Shown piece by piece: positions 48,716 through 61,550 of a stretch of DNA of 64,000 nt. Position 1 is the first letter of the stretch, and every line of letters starts with the position of its first letter. Below the pieces are notes generated by a model. The model did no database searches. It saw nothing but the letters and a program-made list of their open reading frames with translations, and had not been told where the DNA came from. The translations under genes and the position numbers were made by a program. The stretch lies in contig OX597817.1 of NCBI GenBank assembly GCA_951406725.2, forward strand, positions 164,424,001 through 164,488,000, written 5' to 3'. This stretch comes from Octopus vulgaris (Eukaryota).

Positions 48716-51700
48716 CCTTCTTTTTATATATCTTGTTTGTATGTATATGACTTAAAACATTGATCTAATCAACTCTTTCTACATTAGCTTTAGCTATATT
48801 GTAAAGTTTATTTCAAAGGAATTTGTTTTGTGTTTCATAAGTTTTCTTATTCTACATAATTGTTTTCCTAGAACTGTTTATTAGAATTTATTACAACAAT
48901 TTTAAATTTGGTTCTCTTAGGAATTGAACACCCATATTATTGGCTTTTTTCTTAACATCTTTTGTTTCCTTTCAGTTAGAATGATTATAAATTCCAAGGA
49001 CTTGCATTTTCCAATTAAACTCTTTTCTAAACAACTTTTAAACTTACTAAAATGATTTGAAAGCAAAATTTATGAAATAATATATAAGTTTGTGTGGTGA
49101 GTTCCTATATTTATTGAAGAAATGAAATGTTCAAATTGTAGAAACTCATTAGCAAAGAAATTGAGAATTTCTTCAATCTTACTCAGCCTATCTTAATCTA
49201 ATGAGGGTGATGTTAACAATCTTTGTCATTCCATTCTGGTGAGATTGAGGCAGTTGATATTCCACTGGAAATACTGTTAAATGATATATGTAAGAAAAAC
49301 TGACATTTGCATCTTTGGTTACAAAGAAAGAACTGAGTGGAATATTTAATGTGGAGGTTTGTTGAGAAGAGGAAAGATGTATATCCATATTCAGTTCATG
49401 TCTACCATCATTCTTAATGCTCTCTCTCTCTCTCATATCCATATGTTTCTCTATGAAGGTTCATTTCACATCTGTTCATATCCATTCTGGTTATACTACC
49501 AGCTTTCACTCCTTCCCTAGACCACTTATTTTCAACATCCATCACCTTCTCTCTTATCACATATTTTTATTATTATCCATCACTAGGTCTCTCTCTCACC
49601 AGAAAATATGCAGTTGCCGTCACTGTCTCTCTTCTATTACTCTTTGCCATCCTGTTGCCTGAGTCGGAACATAACTTCTCTTCAATATATCTAGTACACT
49701 GTAAAATTGTTGATGGTAGGAAGGGCATCCAATAATAGAGCTTGTATTGAAAATGGAGTCTATGAAACGGACATGTTCCAATGACTCTGAATAAAAACTG
49801 ATTCAGACTATGGCAACTCCACCAGCCCATGCATGTGTGGAAAGTGGATGTAATATATATGTGTATGCGTGTGCAAGCATGTGGGTGTATGTGTGTATAT
49901 ATATATGAATGGATATATTTTTGACATCATATGAGTTTTATAAACTCATATGATGTGAATTCATTTTCAGAATGGTGGATCTTGAAACACATGAAGCTGT
50001 GAAAAAAAACAATAGCATGTAAATAATGGATTATAAAACCCCTTTTGAATAGAAAAAGTCAAAGTATTCTGGCATCAATCAAAAATATGTCTCACAAAAA
50101 CAATACAGCAGTTAGTTTAGTTGAGTGGAAAACATTACCACTCTGACAGAACTAATCTGGTTTCAGAGAAATTATATTAAAATCAGACACAAACATCTTA
50201 CAGACATTGTAACAAAACAAAATTGCACATCAGCTTGAAAGAGAATGGAATTGACAACCTCAGTAACCTGGCTGAAATCTTAAAACCTCATAAAAAATAG
50301 GCCTCATTTCTGGTTCTATATAGTACAACCTTATACAGTGTTTTGTTATGCTTGACTGGCACCCATGGCAGTGGCACATAAAAAGTGGCATTTGTGTGTA
50401 GCCCATGCCAGTGCCACCTGGCTGGCACTTGAAAAGCACCCACCACACTCTCGGAGTGGTTGGTGTTAGGAAGGGCATCCAACTGTAGGAACCTTGCCTA
50501 ATCAGAGTGGGTCCTGGTGCAGCCTCCCAGCTCTGTCAAACCGTCCAACCCATGTCAGCATGGAAAATGGACATTAAACGACAATGATGGTGATGATATA
50601 TATATATTTATACACATACAAACATACACACATTATTTGTTTATGTGTGTATATGTGAGTCTGAAGGATACAGAAAAAATGCAATAAATACAGGGCTGCT
50701 ATTGATTACAAAACTGTACCATAAAGAGTGCCCTCAACTACTAGTTGGGGGCCAGAGTTCTGAATTAGAAAGCAACAGGTATCAACATGACTGAATTTAG
50801 TTGTCAGCAATTTGGTATCTTGTTGTCATTCATCGACTTCTTTGATGTTCAGCAAGCAGAACATGTCAGATCAATTGGTTAGCAGACTTGAAATGTATGT
50901 AGTTTTGACAACACCACCTGTTTAATCAGTTGTTCAGTGTTGTTGTTGCTGCTACTCAGATGAGCTCTGCTTGAGGAGGCCTATAATTAATGTTGTTTCA
51001 GCTGTAATTGTTGTCTTTTCTTTTCTTCCAGGCATAGCACATCTGGGACTATATTTTCTGGGGTTTTTTTTCTTTTTTCTTTTAAGAACATAGATTGTGC
51101 TTTGATTTCTAGTAACCACTTGGATGTTTCCTCAACACTAGAATGCAGATGACTTTTATCTAGAGATTAAATTGTAACACTGCTCACTGTGTTCCTATCT
51201 AACCATCTCACATTCTAATGAAATTTTCCCTCTGTCATTCTGCTCACTCACCTAATCCTTACCTCTGTATCACTTCACCATTAATTACCCACCCTCACAG
51301 TACCTTGAAAATATGTTCTGATACATCATCCTCCTCATCATCATCGTTTAACGTCCGTTTTCTGCGTTAGCACGGGTTGGACGGTTCGACCGTGGTCTGG
51401 GAAGCCAGGGGCTGCACCAGGCTCCAGTCTGATCTGGCAGTGCTTCTACAGCTGGATGCCCTTCCTAACGCCAACCACTCCGCGAGTGTAGTGGGTGCTT
51501 TTTACATCCTGTATTTTTCTTTATGTCTCTTTCTTGCTCTTCTTCTCCAGCTGGGATATCCTTGTAATTACTCAACAGCAAAACACCTGTCTCTATCCCT
51601 CTATTATTCTTTTAACTAATCATCAACTGGTACAAAGTCACTTCCCTCAATACTGCTGCCCCCCCCCCCCAATGAGGGGACTTAGTTTTGTCTTGCAAGT

Positions 51701-52330
51701 TACTAGGTAACTCCACTGATGCATGTGCTATGAAAAAGCACCCAGTACATTCTGTAAAGTGGTTGACATTAGGAAGGGCATCCGGTTATAGAAACTGTTT
51801 CAAAACAGACAATAGAGTTTGACACAGCTTGCCAGCTCTTGTCAAACCACCCATGGAGATCAGATGTTAAATGATGATGAAAGATACCTTTAAGAAATTT
51901 CAAGGCAACTTTTCAATAAGTTGATAATTTTGTTCCTCATATGATCTTGCTTCACATTTCGTGTATGTAGCATGGTAGTAAAGTCAGCCGTACACATATA
52001 CATTAAACTGTCTGCCTATTGCATGTTTGAAAAATCTGCTTGTTGATGATTGAGATAAAATAGCTCCCTGATATTCTTACACTGCATACTTCACTGGTTT
52101 TTGCCTCAATTCTAGTTCTAGTTATGCCCCATAAATAACAGACATAATCTACAAGTAGTGTACAATTTCAGCAATTTGTAGGCTTTATTTCAAGGGCCAT
52201 GTACATTTGAAGTAATAGTTCTCTATCAATTTTTAAAAAAAATCTTATGACACCGTTCCTTATACCATATAGACAGCACTGAATCCCTACCTTCTCCTTT
52301 CCGACATATTGAGTACATTCACTTCTAAAA

Positions 52331-52595
52331 TGGTGTATTGTAGCATTGATTTGTGTATTTACTGGTTTATTTCAGTGTTGGTTTTTGTACTCATTGGTGT
52401 TTTGTAATGTTAAACTGTATACTCATTGGAATATTGTAGCATTGATTTAGGTACTCATTGGTATATTGTAGTGTTTATATGTGTGCATATTAGTGTATTA
52501 TTATAGTGTTGATCTGTGTACTTATTAGTATATTATAATATTGATCTGTGTAGTCATTGGTGTTTTATAGTGTTAACATGTATAATTTCTGGGGT
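52331..52595. repeat. Degenerate ~32-bp minisatellite, about 8 copies, just upstream of USO1 exon 2
   Basis: Unit about TGGTGTATTGTAGTGTTGATCTGTGTACTCAT. Confidence 0.8.
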
Positions 52596-52629
52596 ATTCA
52601 CTGGTATTCATCTCTAATATATTTGACAG

Positions 52630-52716
52630 ATTGAAAGACTCTGTGATAGAGTTCAGTCTTCGACATTATTGGAAGATCGACGAGATGCTGTCCGTGCCCT
52701 TAAATCATTATCAAAG
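52630..52716 (+). CDS. USO1: p115 coding exon 2
   Basis: gacag|IERLCDRVQSSTLLEDRRDAVRALKSLSK|gtaaga; compare human IQKLCDRVASSTLLDDRRNAVRALKSLSK; 87 nt, phase 0-0. Confidence 0.97.
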
Positions 52717-53154
52717 GTAAGAATATTTTTCTGAACATATTGATTTTGTTAATGTTATTGCTATGTTTTGTGTTTAAAATTTCCAGATAGTTGTTTAAGA
52801 TACCTAATCTCTCCTGTGGTCCCATAGAGCTACCACTCAACTTCATTCTCTACAGCATTTTAGTAAATTGAAGAGAAATGTTCTCTGAATGGAATAGTTT
52901 TAGAAAAGGTACACCACATCTCTGTATGCATAAGAGACACCTGAAAAGTTTGGCAATGGAAAGGGCATCCTGTTGTATGAAACAGCAGCAGCAGAACAAC
53001 TGAGGAGAAATTTTATCATAGGAAGGATTAAACTTAGCACTAGAATTTAATAAAATACTGTGCTAATGTTATCATTGCCCACTCCAACATTAAGTGGATA
53101 TTGGCTGTGGACACCACAAACAACTAGCAACAAGATATGTGTATGTGTATATAT

Positions 53155-53335
53155 TGCTAGCCACTACACATTCTTTATTTTCTCTCCTTGTTTCTGTCTA
53201 TGTTCCTTTCTGTGGAAGAGCGTAGGCTCGAAATGTTAAAGACTTTTTCACTTCCTAAGTGTTATACTAATACATCTATTTGTTGTCTACACCACCTGTC
53301 TTCGTCTTTTGTTTTTTTGTGTGAATTCTCCCCCT
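53155..53335 (+). mobile_element. Penelope-like terminal-repeat fragment with a degenerate minimal hammerhead
   Basis: 53206-53241 reads CTTT CTGTGGA AGAGC-gtag-GCTC GAAATGTT AAAG, the same layout as the motif at 33530. Confidence 0.45.
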
Positions 53336-54889
53336 ATATATATATATAGCCTGCCTCTTATATTCACTGTTCTAAAATTTTAAATAGTTTATTTTTGAAT
53401 ATAACATAAGTTAATATTGTGACAACTATATTACTTATAGAAATGTAATGAGAGTGATTTTGAGTGATTAAATGTAGAAAATCTCAATGATATTCCTTAT
53501 TCCTCAGATGAGTTCTGATTTTACAGACCTATGATCAATGACATTCCACCTATGTCCTACCTGTTTGCTTTTGTATATTTATGAATAGATATGTTTATCC
53601 CTTTTTTTTTTAAAGACAGCAAGGTATGATTTGAGGGAATCTGGCTATATGTGAAAATATTAAACTGAAAGGCAGATCTATCCAATTCATAGTAGCATAA
53701 GGGCCTCAATGTCAGTTGTGAAAACATTTCACAAAATTTTACCTACTTCATATTTGGAAGGGAAAGTTTATGCTTTTAGATAAAAATCGTAATTTAACTC
53801 TTAACATCTTGTTGGAAATGTTTTATGTTAATAGTGCAGTTCTGTAATGATTTTGTTACAGAACTGAAATGAATGATATAGAAAGGGATTTGTGTTATCT
53901 TATTTATAGCAGAGTTTCTTATTTTCTTCAAAATGAATGTAAACAAGGTTAGTTTGATTATTATGATACTGTGTGTTTCAGGACTGTCTGTGTTGTATAG
54001 GAAGTTAATAGTAAAAATAGCATGCTTATGAATTTGTAAAATTAAAAGTGTCATTATTTTTCTCAGCACTAATGTATTTCCCACACATCTTATGTACTTG
54101 CAATTAGCTCTTGGTACTAAATTGGTTCCCACCCCTGCTTTATTTGATCACTCAACTTGTTAGAAATAGCAACCAAATTCCCTTAAATCACACCTTACTT
54201 TCTTTAAAAAAAGGCAAAGATACAATAAAGTCCCTGATATACAAAGAGATGGAACAGTCATGGTTTGTATGCCTTTTATCAGAGCTGACCTGTGCTTAAA
54301 CAACAGAACTTTAATAGAGTTCTTACATAGATACACAATCTCAAGTTTATGATGGGAAAATGAAGTAAAACAACAGCCAGCTGGGAATCACAACCAAATA
54401 TTTTTTATTGTTTCTTCTTGCTGGATCTTACTTCTATATTATTGATTTCTTTCAATTAACCTCCCAGGTAATTTTTGTGTGGAGGCAAAAGAGTCAGTCG
54501 GTATGGCTTCAGTATATTAGTCTTACTATTTTGAATTTGGAAAGATGGGAGACATAGGTGACACTAGTAGAATGTGAATTTAGAGCATAGATAAATGTGA
54601 TTAACAAAGAAAAGGTAACATCAGATACCAGATAAGCCTGTGGCCTGTCAATCCCCTTCTGATTGTTCATTTAGGCAGGTCCACCTTCCAACGCCAGATT
54701 ACCAGCCTATTTGTGACTTACCATATTAATAAGTTTTGTTAGCTGAGTGCACTAAAGCAACATGAAATGAAGTGTTTTACTCAAGAACATGAGGCATTGT
54801 CCAGTCCAGGAATCAAAACCGAAATCTTACAATCATGAATGGCAACACTTTAATCACTTAACCACATGGTTCCACACAAATGAAATTAA

Positions 54890-55098
54890 CCCTTTTGTTA
54901 CCAACCCAGCTGGCCCTGTAGTACAAATGTCTTGTTTTCAAAAGTTCTGAATTAAAATCTGCCACCAAACCTTAGTCACAATTTATGTTCCTAACACTAA
55001 CTTAATGATAACTAAGTTATTTTACTAAATTCTTTGTTATATTTAAAATAATTGAAAGAAACACAATGCATCTCAAAATAAATACAGTAACAAAAGGG
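54890..55098 (-). mobile_element. piggyBac-type MITE, same family as 44581, opposite orientation
   Basis: TTAA TSDs; TIR CCCTTTTGTTAC / GTAACAAAAGGG; interior is the reverse complement of 44581-44801. Confidence 0.9.
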
Positions 55099-58000
55099 TT
55101 AAATACCATGAAACATTTAATCCATGCAGGTACCTTGATATTAAAATGAAACTGCACTGTTTCACTATTTTAGAAAGGTACGAAACATACATTTTTGTAA
55201 CAATGATGACTGTTGTAAAGGTATATATCATTATCATCATCACCGCCATCGTTGTTTTAATGTCCACTATCCCATGCCTGCATGGATTGAATGGAGTTTA
55301 TTATGGCAGACTTTCTGTGGCTGAATGGCTTTCCTGTCACTGAATCTTGCCTGCTTTGAAGTAATGTAATGTTTCCCCATGGTCAGAAGAGTTTTCACAG
55401 GATATTGGAAATAAATGACATTGCTTTCATGCTAGTGAAACTTTGTATACGACCTCTTTAAGAAACAACCAAGTGGCTGAATTATTACCTCTGTAATAAA
55501 TCAAATAGTAAAACTAGTAGATTATAGTTATGTATCATTCAATTAATATTATATTTGTAAACAAATGTAATTAATTTCATACGATATAATCTTGTCTTCC
55601 ATTTCCTTTCGGTAAATATTTTGACTAACTACATATTTTCAGTGTTTTATACTCATACAATGTTCTGTACTTGAGGTTTTTCTAATCAAATGACTAATGT
55701 ATATAAACAAAAATTTAATGACTAATTCCTAATTAATTTTACATCATATCTAGCTATAATCTTTTGTTTTTATAATATTCAGAATTCACCTTCTGTTACT
55801 ATTTGCTCTCAGTTTATCCACTACCATATTGATATATACCCACTTCCCCTGAGCTAGCCTACAAACTTTAACAATTATTGTCTGCTGTAGAATTGTTATG
55901 GGTGATGAACTTGTACCACATTCTGTTTCTTAATTATTAGCAAGTCACTTGATGGAAAATTGTGTAGACTGTAATATATGAAGTCTGTGGTTTACTTGTG
56001 ACTATTTTACTGAAATTGTTTTTCTCTAAAATGAGTTTCAAAGGTCTCAAAGAGCTGATAACACAGCTATTATAGTAATAATAACTTCCACTTTACACTA
56101 TATCAAGATGATATTAGTCATAATATTGATTTCTAACACTGGCATGAGATCACACATTTTTGGGTTAGAGATGGTGATTCTCATAAATTGAGTCAGTTCT
56201 CTTGGGAGCTATACTGCTAAGGGCTGGTATTCGTACATGTTATTTGGGTTGGTTTCTATGGTTGAATGCTCTTCCTATTCTCAACCACTGTATAGAGTGT
56301 ACTAATAGCATTTTTTATGGCACCAGCACAAGGAACAAGAGTATAATAATAAGAAGGTATGGATATGTAGGGGTGGTAAGGAGAAGAGAGAATCAATGGC
56401 AGAGGGGTACTCACTTTTTCTCTCAGTTCATCTGTGTATTGTCTACACATCCTGCTGAGTATGCTTACACTGTAAAGTCCCTTTAGTCTTGCTAAGGATA
56501 TGACAATATCTGATATCATGATAAAATGCACCCGATATACTCTATAGAGTGGCTTGTGTTAGGATAGGCACCCAGCTGAAGAAACTAAGCCAAAAATGAA
56601 ATATACAAACCAGAAGCTCTCCTCTGACCCATCTAAGTAATCAGTATCTTTGAATGAGTAATCAGTATCTTTGGACTGTGGTGACTTGTATAATTCATGC
56701 CAGCTTAGAAAATAGTGACAATAATCATGAAACAAATATGTGTTGATGATAGCACACCTGAAAACAAAACAACCCTTTATGTAAGATTTGATTCCACTAT
56801 AAAATAAAATAAATGTGTCTGTGAAAAACATGCTATATCACACAAATCTGTTGAAACTTCTCACTTGTATATACACAGATTTATTAACAGAATATTTTTG
56901 AAAATTTCATTCTATTTCTAATAGAAAACTGTGATGAAAAAAAACTCATGAATACTAAAGGCAAAATTTCAAGTTATTAGTCAGGCTCTCAATTACATTT
57001 TAATAAATATACTGAAGAGCATGAAAATCTTAATGCTGAGAGGTGATTTGTGTGTCAAAAATATTGAAGGAAATGTAGAAATAAAAAGGAATATTCAAGG
57101 AAATACTAAAAAAAGACTCCTAAGAAATTCACATACTTGGGAATGTGAATTATGTGAATTTCTCACAATGTACTTACTGTTACCCGCATGGCTATTAGAA
57201 CAAAAGTTTTTCTGTAGTATTATATTTACTTGGATCAATGCATGCAAGTAAATCACTGAATGCAACCATTGTGAGCGCTCATGGTTATTTGGTAAGAAGC
57301 TTGCTTCCCAACCACATAGTTCTAGGTTCAGTCCCACTGTATGGCTCGTTGGGCAAGTGTCTTTTATTATAGCCTTGGGTCAACCAAAGCCTTGTGAGTC
57401 ACCTATGGTTCCAGGGATTTATGAAACCATTGTGTAGATATTATTCTTGTTTCAGTCAAAGGAATGTGGCCATTCTGGAGTACTGTCTTAAATAGTCAAT
57501 AGTATAAACTCCAGTACTTATTTTAATGCTACATACTTGTTTTAGTGATCTCTATTTGCTGAGCTGCTAAGTTTGGGATTCAAATTAACAAAAGGGAACA
57601 CAGACATAAACATGTGTTCATTCATTAGTTCATCTTGTATATAGACACAGGTGTGGCTGTATGGTTAAGAAATTTGTTTACCAACCACATGGTTTCTGAT
57701 TCTGTCCTACCTTGGGCAAGTGTCTTCTACTATAAAGCCAGACTGACCAAAGCCTTGTGAGTGGATTTGGTAAACACAAACTGAAAGAAACTCATTGTGT
57801 GTGTTTGTCTTGATATCACACAGCAGTTGTAAACAAGCATCAGAGTGTTCATTTCCAATCTTGTATGAAAGTATGTCTAGCCTGGGAAAATATTACTTCC
57901 TTGGGAACAAGTGAGAGTTGGTGACAGGAAGAGCATCCAGTAGTAGAAAAGCCAATTGATTCATACAAGCATGGAAAACACATTAAAATGACGATATTGT

Positions 58001-58342
58001 GTTTGTGTGTGTATCATCATCATCATCATCATAATTTAACATCTGTTTTCCATGCTGGATGGTTTGCCAGGAACTAGCAAGTCAGAAGACTGCACCAAGC
58101 TCTGCCATCTGTTTTGTCATGGTTTCTATGGCTGGATGCCCTTCCTAATGCCAATGCACTGTCAAGTGATTATGATAAATGCAGTTTATAGCATAAATAT
58201 GGCTTAAATAGAAAGTACAAATGACTTGATAATTGATCAATATAATTCATTAATCAATGTGTCATACACACACACACACACATTCTCTATGTACATAACA
58301 TTTTTGCTGTTCTCTCTCGTCACTTGTAATCCTAATTCCCAT

Positions 58343-58540
58343 TAGTACCGCCTGACTGGTCCTCGTGCCGGTGGCACATAAAAGCACCCACTACACTCTG
58401 AGTAGGAAGGGCATCCAGCTGTAGAAACTCTGCCAGATCAAATTGAAGCCTGGTGCAGCTATCTGGCTCACCAGTCCTCAGTCAAATCGTCCACCCCATG
58501 CTAGCATGGAAAGTGGACGTTAAACGATGATGATGATGGT
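58343..58540 (+). mobile_element. RTE-LINE 3'-tail copy in USO1 intron 2
   Basis: GTGCCGGTGGCACATAAAAGCACCCACTACACTC..GGACGTTAAACGATGATG. Confidence 0.85.
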
Positions 58541-59713
58541 GATTGCCAGTCATTTAGAAAGAGCAGGTCTTTTTATTCCAAGTATAAATCATAGAAAAAT
58601 GCAGCTATGATATGTATGTTCCTAGAACTTTGCTAGACTGTATCAACAATGGTAGGGATTATTTCAGCCAAATTTGTTATTTAAATGCAACTGCAAGGAA
58701 AGGTGCATACACACAGAGCAACATGTGACTTGTATGGGTCAGAGGCTGAAGCCTGAATATAATTACAAAGGGAGTGTAACTTAGCTACTGCCGTGACTTA
58801 TGTACGAGTGTATATATGTTCATACTTTTCATTGTCTCACCTGAAAAACATTTGCTAACTTTCTATTCTCTACTTCTTTCTTAGGTAAACATGTCTAACT
58901 TGCTTACCTGATTTTTAAATATGTTTCTGTCCTCTACAACTGTTTAGTCTACTTGACTAAAACACTCTGCATTGTATTAACATTGTATTACAACAAACTT
59001 TATTTAATTCCTTATTCCTTCACCACTTTCATGTGTAGTCGAGTTGTTTTACTCACACGCTTCTTATTATTTTTACGCTACTCTGTTATTGTTATTTCCT
59101 GGTTATCATTTACCTTCTCTAGTAGACTACAGGAGTTGCTTTTCTAAAAATCCCTTTTACTTTTTACTCTTTTGATTTCTATCCACTGTTAGAATGCAAT
59201 TGTTTTTTGCAAATTGATATCAAGTCTGTAAGACATATAACCTGTTAGAATACTTTATGTCTTTTCCTGTGATCTTGCTGCTCTCTAACTTTCTAGTTCA
59301 TTGAATTGATGACTTGGTGGTTTTCTGAAGTTACTTTTACAGGTTTACAAAACACTAAAAGCTTAAACCTTTGTCATCAGTTACAGTTTCATATTTCTTT
59401 TAAACTTATTTTCTACAATATATTTTATTACATTTCTTGTCAATGACAGATAAATTGCCCCCTCGTCATTGTTCTGTTTTGGAACCCAAACATATTTCCC
59501 ACTTAGACAGGCAAGTAAAGTAATAGTCTGTTTTTCTGAACTATTTCAGTCTTTGTGCTATTGGTAGTCAGCTACAGAAGGCTTAGTCACATCTTCAGTA
59601 TTATAGATCTGTAGCAATGTGTTTTTATATATATATATAAGGTCTACAGTCTGACATCAATATTGATAGAGACAAGAACATTAACATACATTTCATTTTA
59701 CTTTTTTCTATAG

Positions 59714-59778
59714 AAATATGCTCTGGAGGTTGGAACTCAGGCAATGGATATCCTTATCAAAGTGCTGGAGACTGACAG
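59714..59778 (+). CDS. USO1: p115 coding exon 3
   Basis: ctatag|KYALEVGTQAMDILIKVLETD(R)|gtcagt; compare human KYRLEVGIQAMEHLIHVLQTDR; phase 0-2. Confidence 0.96.
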
Positions 59779-59914
59779 GTCAGTATTTTATGATGCAATT
59801 AATTCTTTTAGCTTAATGTCCAGATGGTTCTGGTAATCAAATTATTTTTTATACATAACATGTTTATTGCTTTTGATAGTTGGTAAAGCTGTCTTTACAA
59901 CCATAAGCATTTTA

Positions 59915-60835
59915 TCATCATCGTCATCATCATCATCGTTTAACGCCTGCTTTCCATACTAGCATGGGTTGGACGATTTGACTGAGGACTGGCGAACCAG
60001 ATAGCTGCTCTAGGCTCCAATCTGATTTGGCAGAGTTTCTACAGCTGGATGCCCTTCCTAATGCCAATCACTCTGAGAGTGTAGTGGGTGCTTCTACGTG
60101 CCACCAGCACGGGGACCAGTCAGGCGGTACTGGCAGCAGCCATGCTCAAATGGAGCTTTTACATGCCACCTGCATAGGAGCCAGTCCAGCGGCACTGGCA
60201 ACGACCTTGCTCGAAAATTTTTTCACAAGCCAGTCACAAGTGCCAGTAAGGCAACGCTGGTAACAATCACGCTCGAATGGTGCTCTGGCAACAATCACAC
60301 TCGGATGGTGCTCTTAGCGCTCCACTAGCATGGATGCCCGTCATCAAATTTGATTTTGATTTCAATTTCACTTGCCTCAACAGGTCTTTGCAAGCAGAGT
60401 TTAGTGTCCAATGAAGGAAAGGTACACATAAGTCGGCTGGTTACACCCCTGGCATAGACCACGGGTTATGGTCTCACTTGACTTGCTGGGTCTTCTCAAG
60501 CACAGCATATTTCCAAAGGTCTTGGTCACTAGTTATTGCCTTGGTGTGGCCTAATGTTCGAAGGTCGTGCTTCACCACTTCATCCTAGGTCTTCCTGGGT
60601 CTACCTCTTCCACAGGTTCCCTCAACCACTAGAGTGTGGCACTTTTTCACAAAGCTATCCTCATCCATTCTTACCACATGACCATACTAGCGCAGTCATC
60701 TCTCTTGTACACTACATCTGAATCTGATGCTTCTCAGGTCCAACTTTTCTCTCAAGGTACTTACACTCTGTCGAGTATGCTCACTGACATTACACATCCA
60801 GCAGAGCATACTGGCTTCATTCCTTGCAAGCTTAC
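59915..60835 (-). mobile_element. 5'-truncated RTE LINE: ORF C-terminus plus long modular 3'UTR and (GAT)n tail
   Basis: Minus strand gives ERNEASMLCWMCNVS..WYGHVVRMDEDSFVKKCHTLVVEGTCGRGRPRKT.DEVVKHDLRTLG..DLWKYAVLEKTQQVK, followed by the UTR modules. Confidence 0.9.
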
Positions 60836-61127
60836 GCTTATTAAGTAATATATAACTGTTAATATATATTTCCACATTGTAAAATAGATTTTATCTATGC
60901 AATAACATTTCTAATGCAATACATTTCAAAGTGTATAAGTTTATGCACCATAAGAAGTGAATTCTAATGTTTTTGACAGGGACCCTTTATCAAGAAGAAT
61001 CTTATGTTAAAGATTCCTGCTCTAGAATTAACTTCTCATAGTAAATGACTTACTAACTTTGTGAACTTTATTAGCTAATTTTTCTTAACACAGTCTGATT
61101 TTATTGAGTTGTATTAGTTGTTTTAAA

Positions 61128-61345
61128 GGTGGTGAGTTGGCAGAATTGTTAGAATGCCAGACAAAATGTGTAGCAGCATTTCTTCCAACTTTACATTCTA
61201 AGTTTAAATACTACTGAAGTTGACTTTGCTTTTCATCCTTTTGGAGTTTATAAAATAAGAACTAGTTGAGCTCTGGGGTTGATGCATTCAACTATCCCCT
61301 TTCTCCATAATTTCAGGATTTGTGCCTGTAGGAGAAAGGATTATT
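61128..61345 (+). mobile_element. Diverged Nin/Deu SINE, near-duplicate of 62307-62525
   Basis: GGTGGTGAGTTGGCAGAATTGTTAG..GACTTTGCTTTTCATCCTTTTGGAG. Confidence 0.8.
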
Positions 61346-61476
61346 ATAAAACTGACTTTAACTGTACTTCCTCTAATATAGATCATAATAATGTTATACA
61401 GACTTATAACAAAAGTTGCTGAACATTCCAGGTTGCCTTTTTCCTACAATACTTTTTGTTGCTTTGTATATTGTAG

Positions 61477-61550
61477 GAGTGACGCCGAGATTATTGGTTA
61501 TTCTCTGGACACACTTTGTAACATAATGTCAAATGAACCTTCAGATGATG
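61477..61550 (+). CDS. USO1: p115 coding exon 4
   Basis: ttgtag|(R)SDAEIIGYSLDTLCNIMSNEPSDD|gtaagt; compare human SDSEIIGYALDTLYNIISNE; phase 2-1. Confidence 0.96.
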
